In this document: positions 37,017-49,923 of the stretch, piece by piece | Numbering within the stretch: position 1 is the stretch's first letter | Layout: each line of letters opens with the position of its first letter | Origin: Atractiella rhizophila | Taxonomy: Eukaryota | Direction of reading: 5' to 3' | Length of the DNA stretch: 64,000 nt | Assembly (NCBI GenBank): GCA_021432655.1 | Contig: MU271181.1 | Span: 77,189 to 141,188 of the forward strand | The notes under the pieces: generated by a model | What the model was told of the DNA's origin: nothing | The model's input: the letters and a program-made list of their open reading frames with translations, nothing else | The model's database searches: none | Made by a program: the position numbers and the translations under genes

Positions 37017-40000
37017 CAAGAGATTGAGCCAAAGTGGTTGGAGACTCCCCAGAGTACCACTACTGTGATATCCTGTATTGAGGGCGACCATTGACGGCTT
37101 CCTCCCAAGCTGCAAGTGGATAGGGATCATCCTGAAAAAGATGTTCAACACTGAAGATGAAAGATTGGTCCTTGTTGCTGTAGATCGTTCCAGAGCCTTG
37201 TGCCATCAACATCTCCCTCTTATGCCCAGTTCGTCCGCTCTTCAGGGGAACGAAATGGCAGAAAGAGTAGATCACACAGGAAAGAATACACTCCGCGTCC
37301 TCCATAATGTTCTGTTGGTACATAACTCAGGCAGGCTTGGGAGGCTGCGGGTAAGGCTTAACATCCGGGGATTTGTTATTTTCTGCCACATTGTCCTCGG
37401 TGTCATTGGCATGTTCTCCCACCTTATCCTCAGCCTTCACTTTGTTGTGGTCCATGAAGGTGCCTTCATCGCTGACCTCATCATCACCATCTTGTGGTAA
37501 GAAGTGCCAACAACAGACCGGAGGGTGAGTAAAGCGACTTGCTGTTCGTTGCATTCCCTGTTGTACTCTTGGAGACATCCTTGCTAATGGGAATTTGAAG
37601 AGGGTTCATTTAGAGTGGAGCTGCAAATGGAAAGCTAGCAGGAGAGGTAACAGCTATTTGACATGCTCAATATTACGTGTGTTTGCGGCATACTGACCTG
37701 CACTTGACCTTTCAGCTAGATTGGATGAGAATGAAATGGGAAGTGATACCTAGTATCCTGCCTTGCATTATGATTTTTGCTACTTCGATGTGACTTATTT
37801 GTTTGCTTGGCCTGGTAACAGTTAGCAAACTCTTGTTTGATGTTAGAAAGCACTTATACCGAGGTGGACAAATCTTCAACGACCTCTGTAGAATCAGTAA
37901 TAATCCTCATCTTAGCATCCCCATTCAAATTGTCATCTGTCATGATAGGCTGAGTATCAGCCTCTTCTTGTACAGATTGAACCTCATCCATGAATGAAGA
38001 TATGGTAGAGTTATCAAGCCAATTAGTGTGTGACCATAGAATAGAAGAGAAGAGAAGATAATGTGCATTACTTGTGCACGCTTGGACTTCCGCCTATAAA
38101 CAAAGAAATACAGATTCCCTTTGCACACTAATGGTATAGAAGTGCCTTTGGAATATCCACATCCACACAAGAAAGGGTTGACAACCGAGTTGTAGGTTGA
38201 GAAGTTTCTGGTGCAGAAAATGCATCCACTGCCTCTGCTTTCATTCTTGTAAACTTTCGCTCCAACCTATCCTCCTCTCTCCAAAGCTCATGAACTTCAT
38301 TCAGCTGTTCCTGTAAGCAAATTGAGCTTTAAAATGGTCCACACAGAGCTTGAGCTCACAGTGAAGTGATTCCATGACACCAATCATCGCTTCTTTCCCG
38401 CTTTGACGGACATTTTTCTACACTGACCGGCGATAGCTTCAGTAGACCCATACATGCACTCGTCCCAATGAACGATTCAGTGGAGATGCGAACTCCCTCC
38501 TCATTGACAAGTCAAGTCAGCTTCTCACGCGGTTTGTTACCTGATTCTACTTGAATCTTCTTCCAATGACTCCAAACTGTCTCCATCCATAAATGTTCAG
38601 GAATTGTGTTGGGACACGTAGGAGAAATCGACTCATATACACACTCTGGTGGTTGCCATCTGGCAGAGATGTCAATGTTTCCAGTGCCCCGTAGAACTGG
38701 TTGACATGCGCCAGAGAGTACTGGAGGGAAGAGATGGAGTGGATGAATTTGTTGTAACCGCTGGGGAGTAGAGTGAGAGAGCAGTTGTAGTATTTTCCCT
38801 GAAACTCATGTTCAGATGGGCCCGATAAGATTAAAACACTCACAAGTTCTCTATCTTTCCTTGTATTGATCCTCAGTAAAAGTTGCATCACAGTAGTATT
38901 ACCCACTTCAAAAAGTGTACCTTGGTTAGCTTTTCGAATTGCAGTCATCTCAGTGAGGGAAAAAGGTCTGTGGCAACGCAGTCTCTGTCTCAAGATTGAC
39001 AAAATGATGCCTTGAAAGAAAATTGATCAGAAAGAATTGCAGTTTTCCAGAAACCAACTTGCTCCATTATAACATTGGATGGTCATCAGTATGGCCCAAG
39101 TGATTGTGACCTCTGGGGAAAAGAAAATCACTTATAGGATGAAAAGGAGGCTGAGATTTGTTTATTTTGAAAGAGGTTGGGAAGCAAATTTGTGGAGGTA
39201 ATGGCTTCACATGGCATTCACTCAGAAGTGAACTATATAATAACAACATGTATCAATGTATGATAAAATGATGAAATAAGGGAGAATGAGCATAACAGGA
39301 AGTGAGGAAGCCTACTATTATGCTTGCAAGATCTTTGTGGAGCAGCTGGATACAGATCAAGCAGCTCAACAGCATTTAAGCATGAAGGACATGGGACAAG
39401 CAGGAGAAGATAGTGTGGATGTCAGGGTTCGAGCCCCTGATATACCTTAAGTACAGACCATTTAGTTCAGTTGGTTAGCTGTTGGTCTGCAGCCATCCTG
39501 GCAGTAGACTGGCCAAGTGGATCAAATGATCACAGACAAGGCGAGATAAATCCGTTGAGACTAGTTTGTTATCTATGTGTTGATGTGGATTAGTACTGAT
39601 ATCCCTTTCACAGACAGCACAGTTTGAGAGATAAACTGAGACATCTGCATCCATCGAGCTGTGCCAGAATTCAGATAATTTTCCGGATAGAGTGGTTGGG
39701 ACAGATTTCGCAATGAGTTCAAAGAGGTTTCGAGAAGAGCAAGATGAAGAGAAAGATGTCAAAGAGGCCGATGAGGTTCATTCTTCGGTGCATGAAGAAG
39801 ACTCGGAGTCTGATGGAAAAGGACTAAGTGGCAATGATATGGATCCTAGGGACAGTAAAAAGGAGGGAGATATAAGAAATAGTGAGATGGGATATGAGAG
39901 GGAAGATTGGCTTGAACCAGATGATTGTGGGTATTTGCTCTGACATGATCAAACTTTGTGACTTTCTTGATAATTCCCAGGCAGTAGATTTGAGGCTTGT

Positions 40001-40449
40001 ACGAGATGTCTGGGAACCTGACCGCTTCATTCAAGAGCAATCCAAGTTATATGAAGCGATGGGTTCTATACAAGTTGTCTCCCCAGAATACCACCTTCTG
40101 ACAGAAGAGGATTATCATTATCCCCAGAGGAGATGATATCAGTAGAGCTTTAAATGACTTGTCATGGTCAAGCAGCAGGTGAGGTCTATAGGGACCTACG
40201 ACAACTCCACCTCAAGCAATTCCATACTGGGACAATTAGACTCGAAGCTGTTCAGAAGCGGTAGGGAACAAAGTTGTATTATCCCAAAATGTTTTGACAT
40301 GTGCTCTCAATCCCACATGGTATACACCGGCTCTGGAAGGATTGAACAGATTGTCCTAAATGTGACGAGTCTTGATATATTTCACCAAGCGTGAAAGACC
40401 AACATAAAGCTACCCATGAGAGGAAGGAGAAGACTCTAAGTACAAACCC

Positions 40450-43208
40450 ACATGTCCTACAGATTGTCCTTGCACTTTATTCAGAGTTAAGGCAAACGCT
40501 AAGCACACAAGGAATTGAAAGCGCTGGAATTGAAAAGGAAGCTGGTTTGATACTACACTGTCAATGCCGATTCGAGGCTACTGCTGGTGCAATCTTCTTA
40601 GATGATCTTACTCTTACCAGTATAAGATTCTGAACAAAAGTCTTTCCAGTTCCTCCAGGCCCATCAAGAAAGAAGAGTCCTCAGGTGCCATTCTGCCAGG
40701 CTTCGATGATTGTATCGTATGCGTGTCGTTGATCCTCATTCATAAGAGGAAGATCCCTATCAAGACGTTGCTCTAACTCCGTAACGTTGTACGCCAGCTC
40801 TTCTCCAATTATTCTTGTCTCTCCACCCCATCGTGCAAACCTGTGAGCAGGTAACGGCAACCTATACTCCTCTAGTGTCTTGCCTAGACCATGTAGCAGG
40901 TCCTCTAGCTCAATAAGGCATAAGTCTCGGATCTGGTCTTCAGAAGGTGCAGCGATTCCATAAACTGTTTGCAGAAGATGTGCACAATCGTCATTGAGCT
41001 TGTCATAGTGTCTTCGAAACAGTTGCAATGGTTCGCTTGCAACTCCAAAGACCAAAATGTAGACAAAAAGAGAACGAATTGCTGATCCTCGTTTGATTGC
41101 GTTTGCATCTTCCAGACACAAATCCCATTCTTCGTCACTTTCCAGTAGACCTGATGCCACACAGGCTGCTTTGAATGTTTCGTAAACTTAACCGTCAATG
41201 GTACGAATGTCCTCAAAAGATTTAGGACTTAGGATCTTGTGAAGAAGTAGTCGAAGATAAAAGAGCTCCCCTTGTGACGGCGCAATGTAAAATATCAGAC
41301 CAATAGCATCGCCTTTCTCACGTATCTTCCAGCGCTTTGAATTACTCTGCCAGACCAAATGTCGAGGGGCTTGAGAGGATCGGGAGACCTGGGGAGAATC
41401 ATGGCAGAATTAGAAAAATTCGCTAAGCATTGTTTTTCCGACATTTCTTCGTGAAAGTATATCTTCAGGTTAATCGTCTTCTGCATTAAAAATGACCATC
41501 TGTTGATTTGGAAGATAAATGCTGAGTCGAATCACAGTTGGAGAGTGATCATGAAGCTTGAAGTGGAAAATCCGCCAGCATGCTATAATCATACTTAAAC
41601 CTTAACCTTTGAGGAATGGACTGAACAAACCTTCTGAAGCACCCACATATCGTGCATCTAAATACTCTTTAATCTCATCCACTGGCTCTCTTGCTCCACT
41701 GAAATCTGATTCTATGACTAATTGTGCTCTATCCGGCCCTTTGTATACGTATTTGAATATATACTTGACTGAGCGAATTGAGATGCAGATCTCAGTGTTG
41801 ATGTGAGCCAGAAACTTCCTCAGGACCCAAGCGTTAAAAGGCACTACCCATCGATTATCATATATAAACTCTTTGCCACGTATCATCTTGCGAAAAACCC
41901 GGCCATCGTTACGCCGCCGATAGGTAGGGTAGCCATTATCGTTGATTCTCCTTTCCTCAATAAACGGCTTGGGATACCCTTTGCCACACTTTCCATCGAC
42001 CATGCAAGGTGCAAGCGGATTATGTTCACCACATGGACCAAGTAGCATATGTTTGGTGACTATTTCAAACAATACAGGGTTCTTGTCTGGAGCAAACAGC
42101 TCTGCTGGAATTACTCGATTAATGGCTACCTCATCCCTGATAAGATCTTCAGGATGAAGAATCAACAAGATATGCACATATGGTAGACCTCTCTTCTGAA
42201 ATTCAATGATCCAGACATATCCGATAACCTTTCCAAAAATCTGTTGCACCACTAAACCTTGATGTACTCCAGAGGCTTCAGTCGAAAAACCCTTGAGACC
42301 AAGTCTGGCCGATCCTCTGGTTTTTGTCTGGGTAGGAGGGCTTCCACGATCTCTGTCCAGTTTGGGTCACAAGAACAGCTGATTCATTGAACGTGGACTG
42401 CCAGTGAAGCTTGATGGTAATATAGTCTGCCTTCCAATATCTTCTAAAGGATAGCCTTCTGCAAGGACATCTGTAAGACCTTGATACACCTCAGCTCGAA
42501 GAATAGATTGATTGAACCGCAGATAGCGGAGTCGATATGCCTCAATTTGAGCATAAGCATTGATTACCAATTCTTGCAGTAGCCAACCATCGTAGAGAGG
42601 GAGTGAGAATATATCATTTCGTTGATGCAACATGTAAGAATAGAACTCCATTTGGCTGACATGTTGTCGAACCCCGGAATTACCAACTTGCATGCCGTCA
42701 TCGTTGAAGTGCTCTCGCTTGCGAGGAGGAAGATCTGCAGGCAGGTCTCAATATGGAATCTGCGGATGCCATCCTTGGTCCCCATATGGAAAAAGAAGTG
42801 GAAGATAATTTGAGTTGAGCTTGTTGACATGCTGTAAGTTGCTACCGGTCGTGGTTGCCTGAGCTGGATGATGATATCTCTGACCACACCATATTCTTCT
42901 CTGTTGCCCTCTCCTACCATCATCACAGCAACTTCACTGGCTAGAGGAATGTTGTAGCGTCTTGGGTCCCTATCTTGTGGAGCTACTGTGCGAACTGTAG
43001 TGTGGTGGTGGGATCGTGTTCCATTCTTTCTTTCGCAAATTTGTAGATCCTTGGAGATCCTTGGATCAGGGTATTCAATAATGCTTTTGCCTTTACATCC
43101 TTAGGCGTCCGCCAGGTATCGAACGAAGAGTTGGCAACACTTCAGTCTCACTGAATCACAGTATGCTTGAAGACCTTCAGGCTATGCTCTTCCATGTCAA
43201 TCTATATC
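40450..43208 (-). mobile_element. Helitron-5 internal fragment (Helitron-1 family) with a short inverted piece at 43066-43208
   Basis: 42250-43050 closely matches Helitron-1 3075-3960. Motifs IIEFQKRGLPYVHIL, KYIFKYVYKG and DGPGGTGKTF. No termini found. Confidence 0.88.
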
Positions 43209-44246
43209 CTGACCTGTCGGCGCACTTTACCTTTTTGATACTCTCTACTATCAATACTTTAGGGTTCAACCATGCCTCTGTCAGGAACTGGATCCTGGCT
43301 AAATCCTTGCCTCCTGGCCAACCAGGGTATGACCCTGCTTCTGATAAAGAAAGGATCCTAGCCAAAGTGACGCCTCCTGGCCCACCAGCGGACAGCCCTG
43401 CCTTAGTTAGGAACAGGATTGTAACCAAAACCTCATGTTCTGTTCAGCACCATCAGGCACAGTCATGGTCGTCTTGAAAACACACACATCCAATCTCTGT
43501 ATCAATTGCATTCTTTGCCACAGTGGACTACCCTGGCGGATGTTCATGGTCGTTCTACAGTGAATGCATTGCATTCAAAATTACACAAATTAATTTATGG
43601 CAGTTGAGATATGTAGTGTCTATACAGTGTCCACATGTTTTATATCTCTTTCTGTTCCTCTATGTCAATGTATGGACACCAGCCATTTGATCTAATACCC
43701 CGATTTCAAGGAAAACATATTACACGGCCGGATATCAAAAACACTTCCAAAGGAGGCAGCAGATTGGTGAATTTTAAGTGAAAACATCCTATGCTCATAG
43801 GTGATTGACAACAGCTCAAGAGGGATTATTATAGACAGCAACAGCGTTATAACGTATAGAAAATAAGAATGTACCAAATTTAATATATCCTTGAGCAATA
43901 CAAGGTGAGAAATATTTGTGGAATGGTCTTCGTATATTTACAAACCTGAAAGTATGACTTACATGCAGTGATAAGAATTGCTGCAATCAAATTTAAAACC
44001 TAATATCACCATGATAACTGTGAAGGTTTAAGTACCCTATCGTTCATTAAGTATAAATCGAGATGATGACAAGTACTAGCATTGAGAATGACGTTGGATT
44101 TTCAGCCTTTCAACAGAAGGCAGGGTCAGAAATATTGAAACAAGGCAACTTTACAACTAGTTTTTCTGTAAAAGATTTAGTTGTTAAAAATTTTTGTACA
44201 GTTATTATCACTTTCTTGTGACGAAAGTGACTGTAATGATGGCCTG

Positions 44247-44435
44247 TAATTTCATTGAAAGTGTCACCAGCGAGTTGATAGGTTATTGACAGAGGTAGAA
44301 AGGGGCCACTGCCTACAATTTCATAGAAAACGTACCCAGTCGATAGGTTATCGACAAAGGTGGAAAGGGGGTGTAGAGAGCACAATTTCACTCATATGGT
44401 CCCATTTGATAGGTTATCCATACAGATAGAGAATG
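44247..44435. repeat. Degenerate ~66-70-bp tandem repeat, 3 copies
   Basis: AATTTCA...GATAGGTTAT..AC..AGGT.GAAAGGGG units start near 44247, 44317 and 44383. Confidence 0.55.
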
Positions 44436-46478
44436 TGGATGATGTTTCAGATGAGGATGACAGATGAAACAGATTGAAGGCATTCAATTACATATTGAAA
44501 GGCGCTTCTGAACATGCAAGTTGATCAATGAAGTTGTTCCACATTGGAACTTCTCTTGAGCCTGAATGGGAAAATTGAAGGAACAAAGCAGCAATAATGT
44601 GAGATGAAGGGTACTAGAAAATGCTTTTGAAGACTGAAAACTGAATTAGGGGATCCAATGAATTGTGAACGTTACACGTCAACAGCTCAACTGGTCATTA
44701 TCATGATGCATGAAAGAATCACAAGTTCTCCAACAAGTTTAGTACGAAGAATTTAGGGTTAGCCCTTTCGTTTTATTCATAGGTGTAGCAACCAGCTTGC
44801 CAACTGATAGGTGCTATCACTAGCAAATAACTAGATTGATTTTGAAGGGTTTGAGAATCACCATGTAATGTGCCTTCTTCTCAGTTTGGGAAGGGAAGGT
44901 CGTGAATGAAAAAAATGTGCATCTGGTGGGGAGCATACTCTATGGGCTCTGCAGGGTCTGAGGAGAGAAGTGGTTTCATGTCTGGATCCGCGTCCCGCTT
45001 AGGCGCTGAATATTGAGTGCTCGAGGAATACGCCGTGGATGCTGGAGAGTACTGTACGGAAGTTGGAGGGCATGTTTGAGACAAGGGATGAGGATACCAC
45101 GAAGAAAAGCATGTAGTGGCGATTTGTTCTGAAGTGCCACCACAGACATACATAAATGTTTTGTGCGTCTTCCCTTCATCCCATTGTCACTGTTCTGTTG
45201 CGAGATAGTTTCAGAAAGATACTAACCGCTGGAGTCAATGTAGTTCTCCATCGGGTAGTTCGTTAAATGAGAATCGCATGCACCATCTGCAAGTAGTAAA
45301 CCCAAAGCGTGCCAGATGGGGGAGTCGATGCTGGAAATGTAGATTCAGGACTGGTGCATGAATTGGCCATGATGGCGGCGAGACGAATAGAGCATTTAGA
45401 GGCTTGAGGAGTTTCCGCACATCGAGCTGCATGCCAAACTTTGCCGTATCAGAAGACGATCTAGACCATGCGAAGGAAGTCCGCGCTCACCACAAGCTCC
45501 TCCTTGATGTGACAATACGCATTTCACTTTCAGCCTGCCCAGAATGAAAGAAAGTCAAAGCTGCCCTGCGATCCAGAACAAAGAGAACAAAAGGGGGATT
45601 TCAACTTTCCTACGGCATTGAGTGCAAGCTGTGCTACGTCGTAGCCGTCGTGGTTTAGGCTGTGTTGGAGCAACAATCATGTATTTGTGCGTTAAGAGAC
45701 CTTGAGACATGATGCCTACTGTTTACGTCTCATTTCAATGCCGCCGGCGATGGACAGTGGTTGGCGAGAGCATTTTATAGTTAAGAGTTGCAGAAGTTTG
45801 GGTGTAGTCAGTATGAAATGTGTACCCAAAGAAGATTGAGTGAGAAAATGGCATCTATCTGATCAAGCGATCGCGCGGAACACCACCCATCTCTTGTTGG
45901 GCAAAAAGTTGGAGGACGAAGCTCGCAGCATCCAATATCGCAACAGTGCCACGCAAACCTAGGAAGCAAAATAGTGCAGTGTTTCCTCAAAACACCTTTT
46001 CCGCAAACATAATGTTCTAAATTCTCAGCTCTCGAGATCTCAACGATCTCAACCTTGGGCCCCTGTAGCCTGGAAGCCCTGCAGATATCCGATTTTAAGA
46101 TTCTGAACATAGCCAATTGTAGGTACAAATCTTGCTCGTCACCATTTCAAGCAACGCCGATGCAAATTGTCCAAGCACGCTGATCCAGTTCTGGTATCGC
46201 TCTGACTGGATGTGCATTCGAAGGTGTGAGTCGGGGTCTATATGAAATTCGAACGCATTTTGTCTTTTATGCCAACACTTCGGGCACTCAGGTGTTCAAA
46301 CTGCTCTGTGGTTGTGTTTGGTTTCTAGGCTCATGCGTTGAGGTTTGGCTTGCGAGGGTTCTGCGAGCCAACGAGAGCTTGTGAGCTTTGAAAGGACCCC
46401 AAATGAGGTGGTAAGCAAGACGAAAGGCTCACCCCAAAAGCAGTTCCGAAGTCCTAACAGGAGGAGAAACTAGCCGTT

Positions 46479-47940
46479 TCATCCTGATGCTGTACCGACC
46501 ACCACACCGCGACGAGGAGCGGCTTTGGCAACTGGTTTGCCTCTTTTTGGTTGATTGAATTCGTGTTCATGGATGTCTGAGTGTTGGCGGTTATTTGGGG
46601 CCTCAAAGCTGCGGTGGGTTATCTCGTTTACCACGACCTGTGCCTTCATTCTGATGTAGAGTTCCCAGGAGATCGATTTCCATCTGCCCGCCATCATTAT
46701 GAATTCTATACCTACCTTAAGGGCCCATAGTCTGCTTGCGCCGCCAATTCTGAAGCTATGGCCCGACACGTTGTCAATACCTCCTGATACTTCCGCGTCC
46801 TGAGACCATACGTTCTTGCATCTGTCCAGGAAGGCTCTTTTCGTGAGCGGGAGAATGATGTGTTCCTTATGGGACCAGTAGGCGAACAATGGGTCTGAGT
46901 CGCTAAGCGCGCAGTTGATGCGGAGGTGGTTGAGAATGGCTTCGAGCGAGAGTGTGTTCCCTATTCTCGCTTGGAGGACACTGATGTCGACTGGTGTCCC
47001 TTTGGACACTTTGTCTTTTGGCAGGCGGAGGCGGATGTAGGGGAGTCCTTCCAAGTCGAATTCTGGGAAAATCTTGTCCCGCATCATGTGCGTTTTGGGT
47101 GAGAACGAAGGTTTCGATTTCGGTAAGAGTTCGCCGAGTCTGCAGAGCCCGTACAGCCCTGTGACGGCAGCAGCCCAGACGCAAGTGTCAAAAGGGTTTG
47201 AGAGGTCCAGATTCCGTTCTAGGGACACCATCATCTCTTGGAAGACAGGTGCTCGCGGTCTGCCCGGAACATGAGTCTTTGACTTTGGGTGGGAGTTACT
47301 CTTTTTTGTGGGATTGTCCCATGATATTGCTTATTCCTCGTAGCCATTTCGTTTTGACTACGGGCTTATCCTTCTCCCAGGGTCATGGAGCAGCGTGCAG
47401 ATCATGCCATGATCTGAGCGAGCTGATGTAGTTCTCAAGGGTTTGGTTCCTGATGGTTGAGAGGGGACGGAACGCTTGGGGATAGAGATCTGGAGGGCCT
47501 GTTGCCCAGAGGCAGAAGGATACGAGGTGTTGCTGGGATTTAATGGGAAATCTGTCCTCGAAGGGTATACAAAACTTGTTGCAAAAATCGTTCCATTTGG
47601 CCAGTGCCGAGCCGTAAGAATTCCAGGTGGATTCGGCGAAGAAGGCCTCGTTTGCGGCGTACGCTATGGCCCTGAACACCGGCATGTCGAGTAGGAGATG
47701 GGAAAACTTGTCGACGCCACGCCATAAGCGTAGTCGGTCTCCTGCTCGGCAAGGGATGAACCTATCCTCCAAGTCTTGGTTGAACGAAGCGTTTTGTCTA
47801 GCAAAGGTCTCGTAGGCTATGAGATCTCTGTCCAGTTCTTCTCGCGTTCGCCATGGTGGAGGGTTAGGCTTTTTCGCTCTCCTGGGGCCACATTCCTTGG
47901 GTTTGCGTTTGGAGTTGCTTGCCCTTCGTTTATTGTTCAT
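46479..47940 (-). pseudogene. Tyrosine recombinase, with one nonsense codon and one +1 frameshift
   Basis: N-terminal SYGSALAKWNDFC..TLENYISSLRSWH; catalytic GLCRLGEL, GHSFRIGGAS and GRWKS..LYIR. TGA at 47383-47385 (probably from TGG) and an extra A in the run at ~47302-47307. Confidence 0.9.
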
Positions 47941-48078
47941 GGTGATTTCAAAGATAGGCGTTCTTGCACGTGCCTATTCGCGTTCTTTTCTCCTCGTTCT
48001 TGGAGGTTTCATTCTACACTCATGAATTGGATGATTAACCATTGATGCTATGTCAGATAGATACATGAAATGTGATTG

Positions 48079-49890
48079 CTATGCTAAACTATTGGGTACT
48101 GGAAGAGAAGAAGGATTAGAGTGACTTGTAACGAACTGGGATACTGGTTGTGGAACCGGTATAGAGACGAAAAGTTGGTATTTGAGATGGGAAAAGGAGC
48201 CTCTTGAGGGTCGGTCTGCTGGGTTCTCTTCGGAAGGCATCCATGTGGGTATTAGGGTGACGGTGAGTAGTTGTGTAACTTCGCTCAGTCTCTTGAGTGA
48301 CTGGTTTTGTTCACGGTTCCTCGCTCGCCACTTATGGAGAATTCCTTCGACTCCCTGGTTGTCCGTGTTGAAGATGACAGCTCGATGGTCGTTCTTGAGA
48401 GGGATTCTGTTCCTGCTCAGGAGCCATTCGAGCAGGAGTACCCCTAGTTCTACGGCCAGCATTTCGCCCCAGCCTATCTTCCTTTCCTCTTTGGTGGTTT
48501 CGGTCCAAGTCCAGACGCTCCAGTGTTCGTGTATCTGGACCGCTATGCCGTACGCAAGGGAGGCGTCTCCGAACCAGGTTAATGAGACCGGTTTGTCCAT
48601 TCTGGTGACCTTGCGGATGGGTGGTTCCTTCGTTAGTTGTTCGTGCCAGTAAAGAAGATCCTTTCGGACTCCTTTGGGGAGATGTAGTGAACCGCGCTTG
48701 AGGAGCCAGGTATTGTCTTCCCCTAAGGCATGTGGGAACGAGGCGATGAATTTTATTAGATTCGTGAGATATGGCTTGCACTGGAACATGACGAAGGCGA
48801 CATGTTGGAGGTAGCCGTGGAGGTGGGTGGCTTCTGCTAAGGTGGCTCGGAAGTTGGGTTGGAGCCATGTTTGGACCGTGAGGAGTGTTTTGAGGAATTT
48901 CTCTCGTGGGAGTAAGATGGTGTGTTCACGGAAGTCCCAAACGAAGCCGATGAACTTGATGAGGTGAGAGAACTTCGCCCATTTCTTGAGGTGCCACGGT
49001 ATCCCCAGGCCGTCGAGGTCGTTGAAGAAGTCTTCCTCTGTTCCCCAGACCTTGAGTGATTTCGACCGGATTGCTTCATGGTCGTCTACCCACTTCCAGA
49101 TCTTCTTCCACCTCTTTTTCCTGGCTATGGCTACCCAAGCATCGTCTACACTGCCGAATACCCCTGGTAGGGATGAGGTTCCGAACGATCCTACCACATT
49201 GATCCAGAAGTTGCCGTCATAGTCTTGTATGACGAAGGCCCGCCTTGACTCTTCGTCGAGAGGGATAGTCTTGAAGGCTTCCGCTATGTCGATCGTCATT
49301 GCTTCGGCGTCTTTCGGGAGCTGTGCAAAGTCGAGGAGCGCTTGTGAGAAGGCGGTCCATTCTGTGGGGAAGTCGTCAGAGTCGATGAGGTCGTTCACCG
49401 AGGGCCAGTCTTCTCCGGATTCGTCTAGGCCGCCTTTGGAGGCATTCTCTATGAGCCTAAACTCGTCCATGGCCCCCGCCTTTGGGACGGTGTTGAGCGG
49501 ATTCGACCTCCAGCCCTTGCCCCCGAATATTTCAGAGACCTCTTCCCGGTTGTAGGGTCCGAAATTTCTCTTCTTGGCGTTCTCCTCCTGGATGTAGCCG
49601 TGGATGAAGTGTTTCGTAGCGTCGTCAACTGTGGCGTTGGGAGGGGTGTATGTGTGTTGTTCGGGTAGTTTTGCGATGCCGACGTTGAAGCCGTTTCGGA
49701 TGCCGTGCACGACGTGTTGGAATTCATTTAGGAGATTGTACTTCTTTGGTTGCTTGCGGAAATTAGATGCGTTGTAGGGGGTGATAATTGTTCGTGCTGG
49801 GTCAAAGATTGTGCAAATCTGTTCACCGCTTGAAGCGACGACGAGTGCCTTGGGTCTCTGATGCCCTCCTGAGAGGCCGGTGGGGAGCAT
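48079..49890 (-). CDS. Reverse transcriptase-RNase H (603 aa, open)
   Basis: FRLIENAS, TIDIAEAFK, SFGTSSLPG, KWVDD, KFIGFVWD, WFGDAS, WGEMLAVE, FNTDNQGV and NPADRPSRG. Confidence 0.93.
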   Translation of the reverse strand: MLPTGLSGGHQRPKALVVASSGEQICTIFDPARTIITPYNASNFRKQPKKYNLLNEFQHVVHGIRNGFNVGIAKLPEQHTYTPPNATVDDATKHFIHGYIQEENAKKRNFGPYNREEVSEIFGGKGWRSNPLNTVPKAGAMDEFRLIENASKGGLDESGEDWPSVNDLIDSDDFPTEWTAFSQALLDFAQLPKDAEAMTIDIAEAFKTIPLDEESRRAFVIQDYDGNFWINVVGSFGTSSLPGVFGSVDDAWVAIARKKRWKKIWKWVDDHEAIRSKSLKVWGTEEDFFNDLDGLGIPWHLKKWAKFSHLIKFIGFVWDFREHTILLPREKFLKTLLTVQTWLQPNFRATLAEATHLHGYLQHVAFVMFQCKPYLTNLIKFIASFPHALGEDNTWLLKRGSLHLPKGVRKDLLYWHEQLTKEPPIRKVTRMDKPVSLTWFGDASLAYGIAVQIHEHWSVWTWTETTKEERKIGWGEMLAVELGVLLLEWLLSRNRIPLKNDHRAVIFNTDNQGVEGILHKWRARNREQNQSLKRLSEVTQLLTVTLIPTWMPSEENPADRPSRGSFSHLKYQLFVSIPVPQPVSQFVTSHSNPSSLPVPNSLA

Positions 49891-49923
49891 GTGAGTGAGT
49901 GCCGTGTGGGTTGAAGCTGTGAC

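Noticed and set aside
37060..39250. Short ORFs as genes (also 44881-46128)
   Set aside because: No recognisable domains or consistent exon structure.
39475..40400. LTR-retrotransposon coding relic (FDPLG on the minus strand; KLYYPKMF on the plus strand)
   Set aside because: Only isolated short motifs with no collinear domain, so it cannot be supported.
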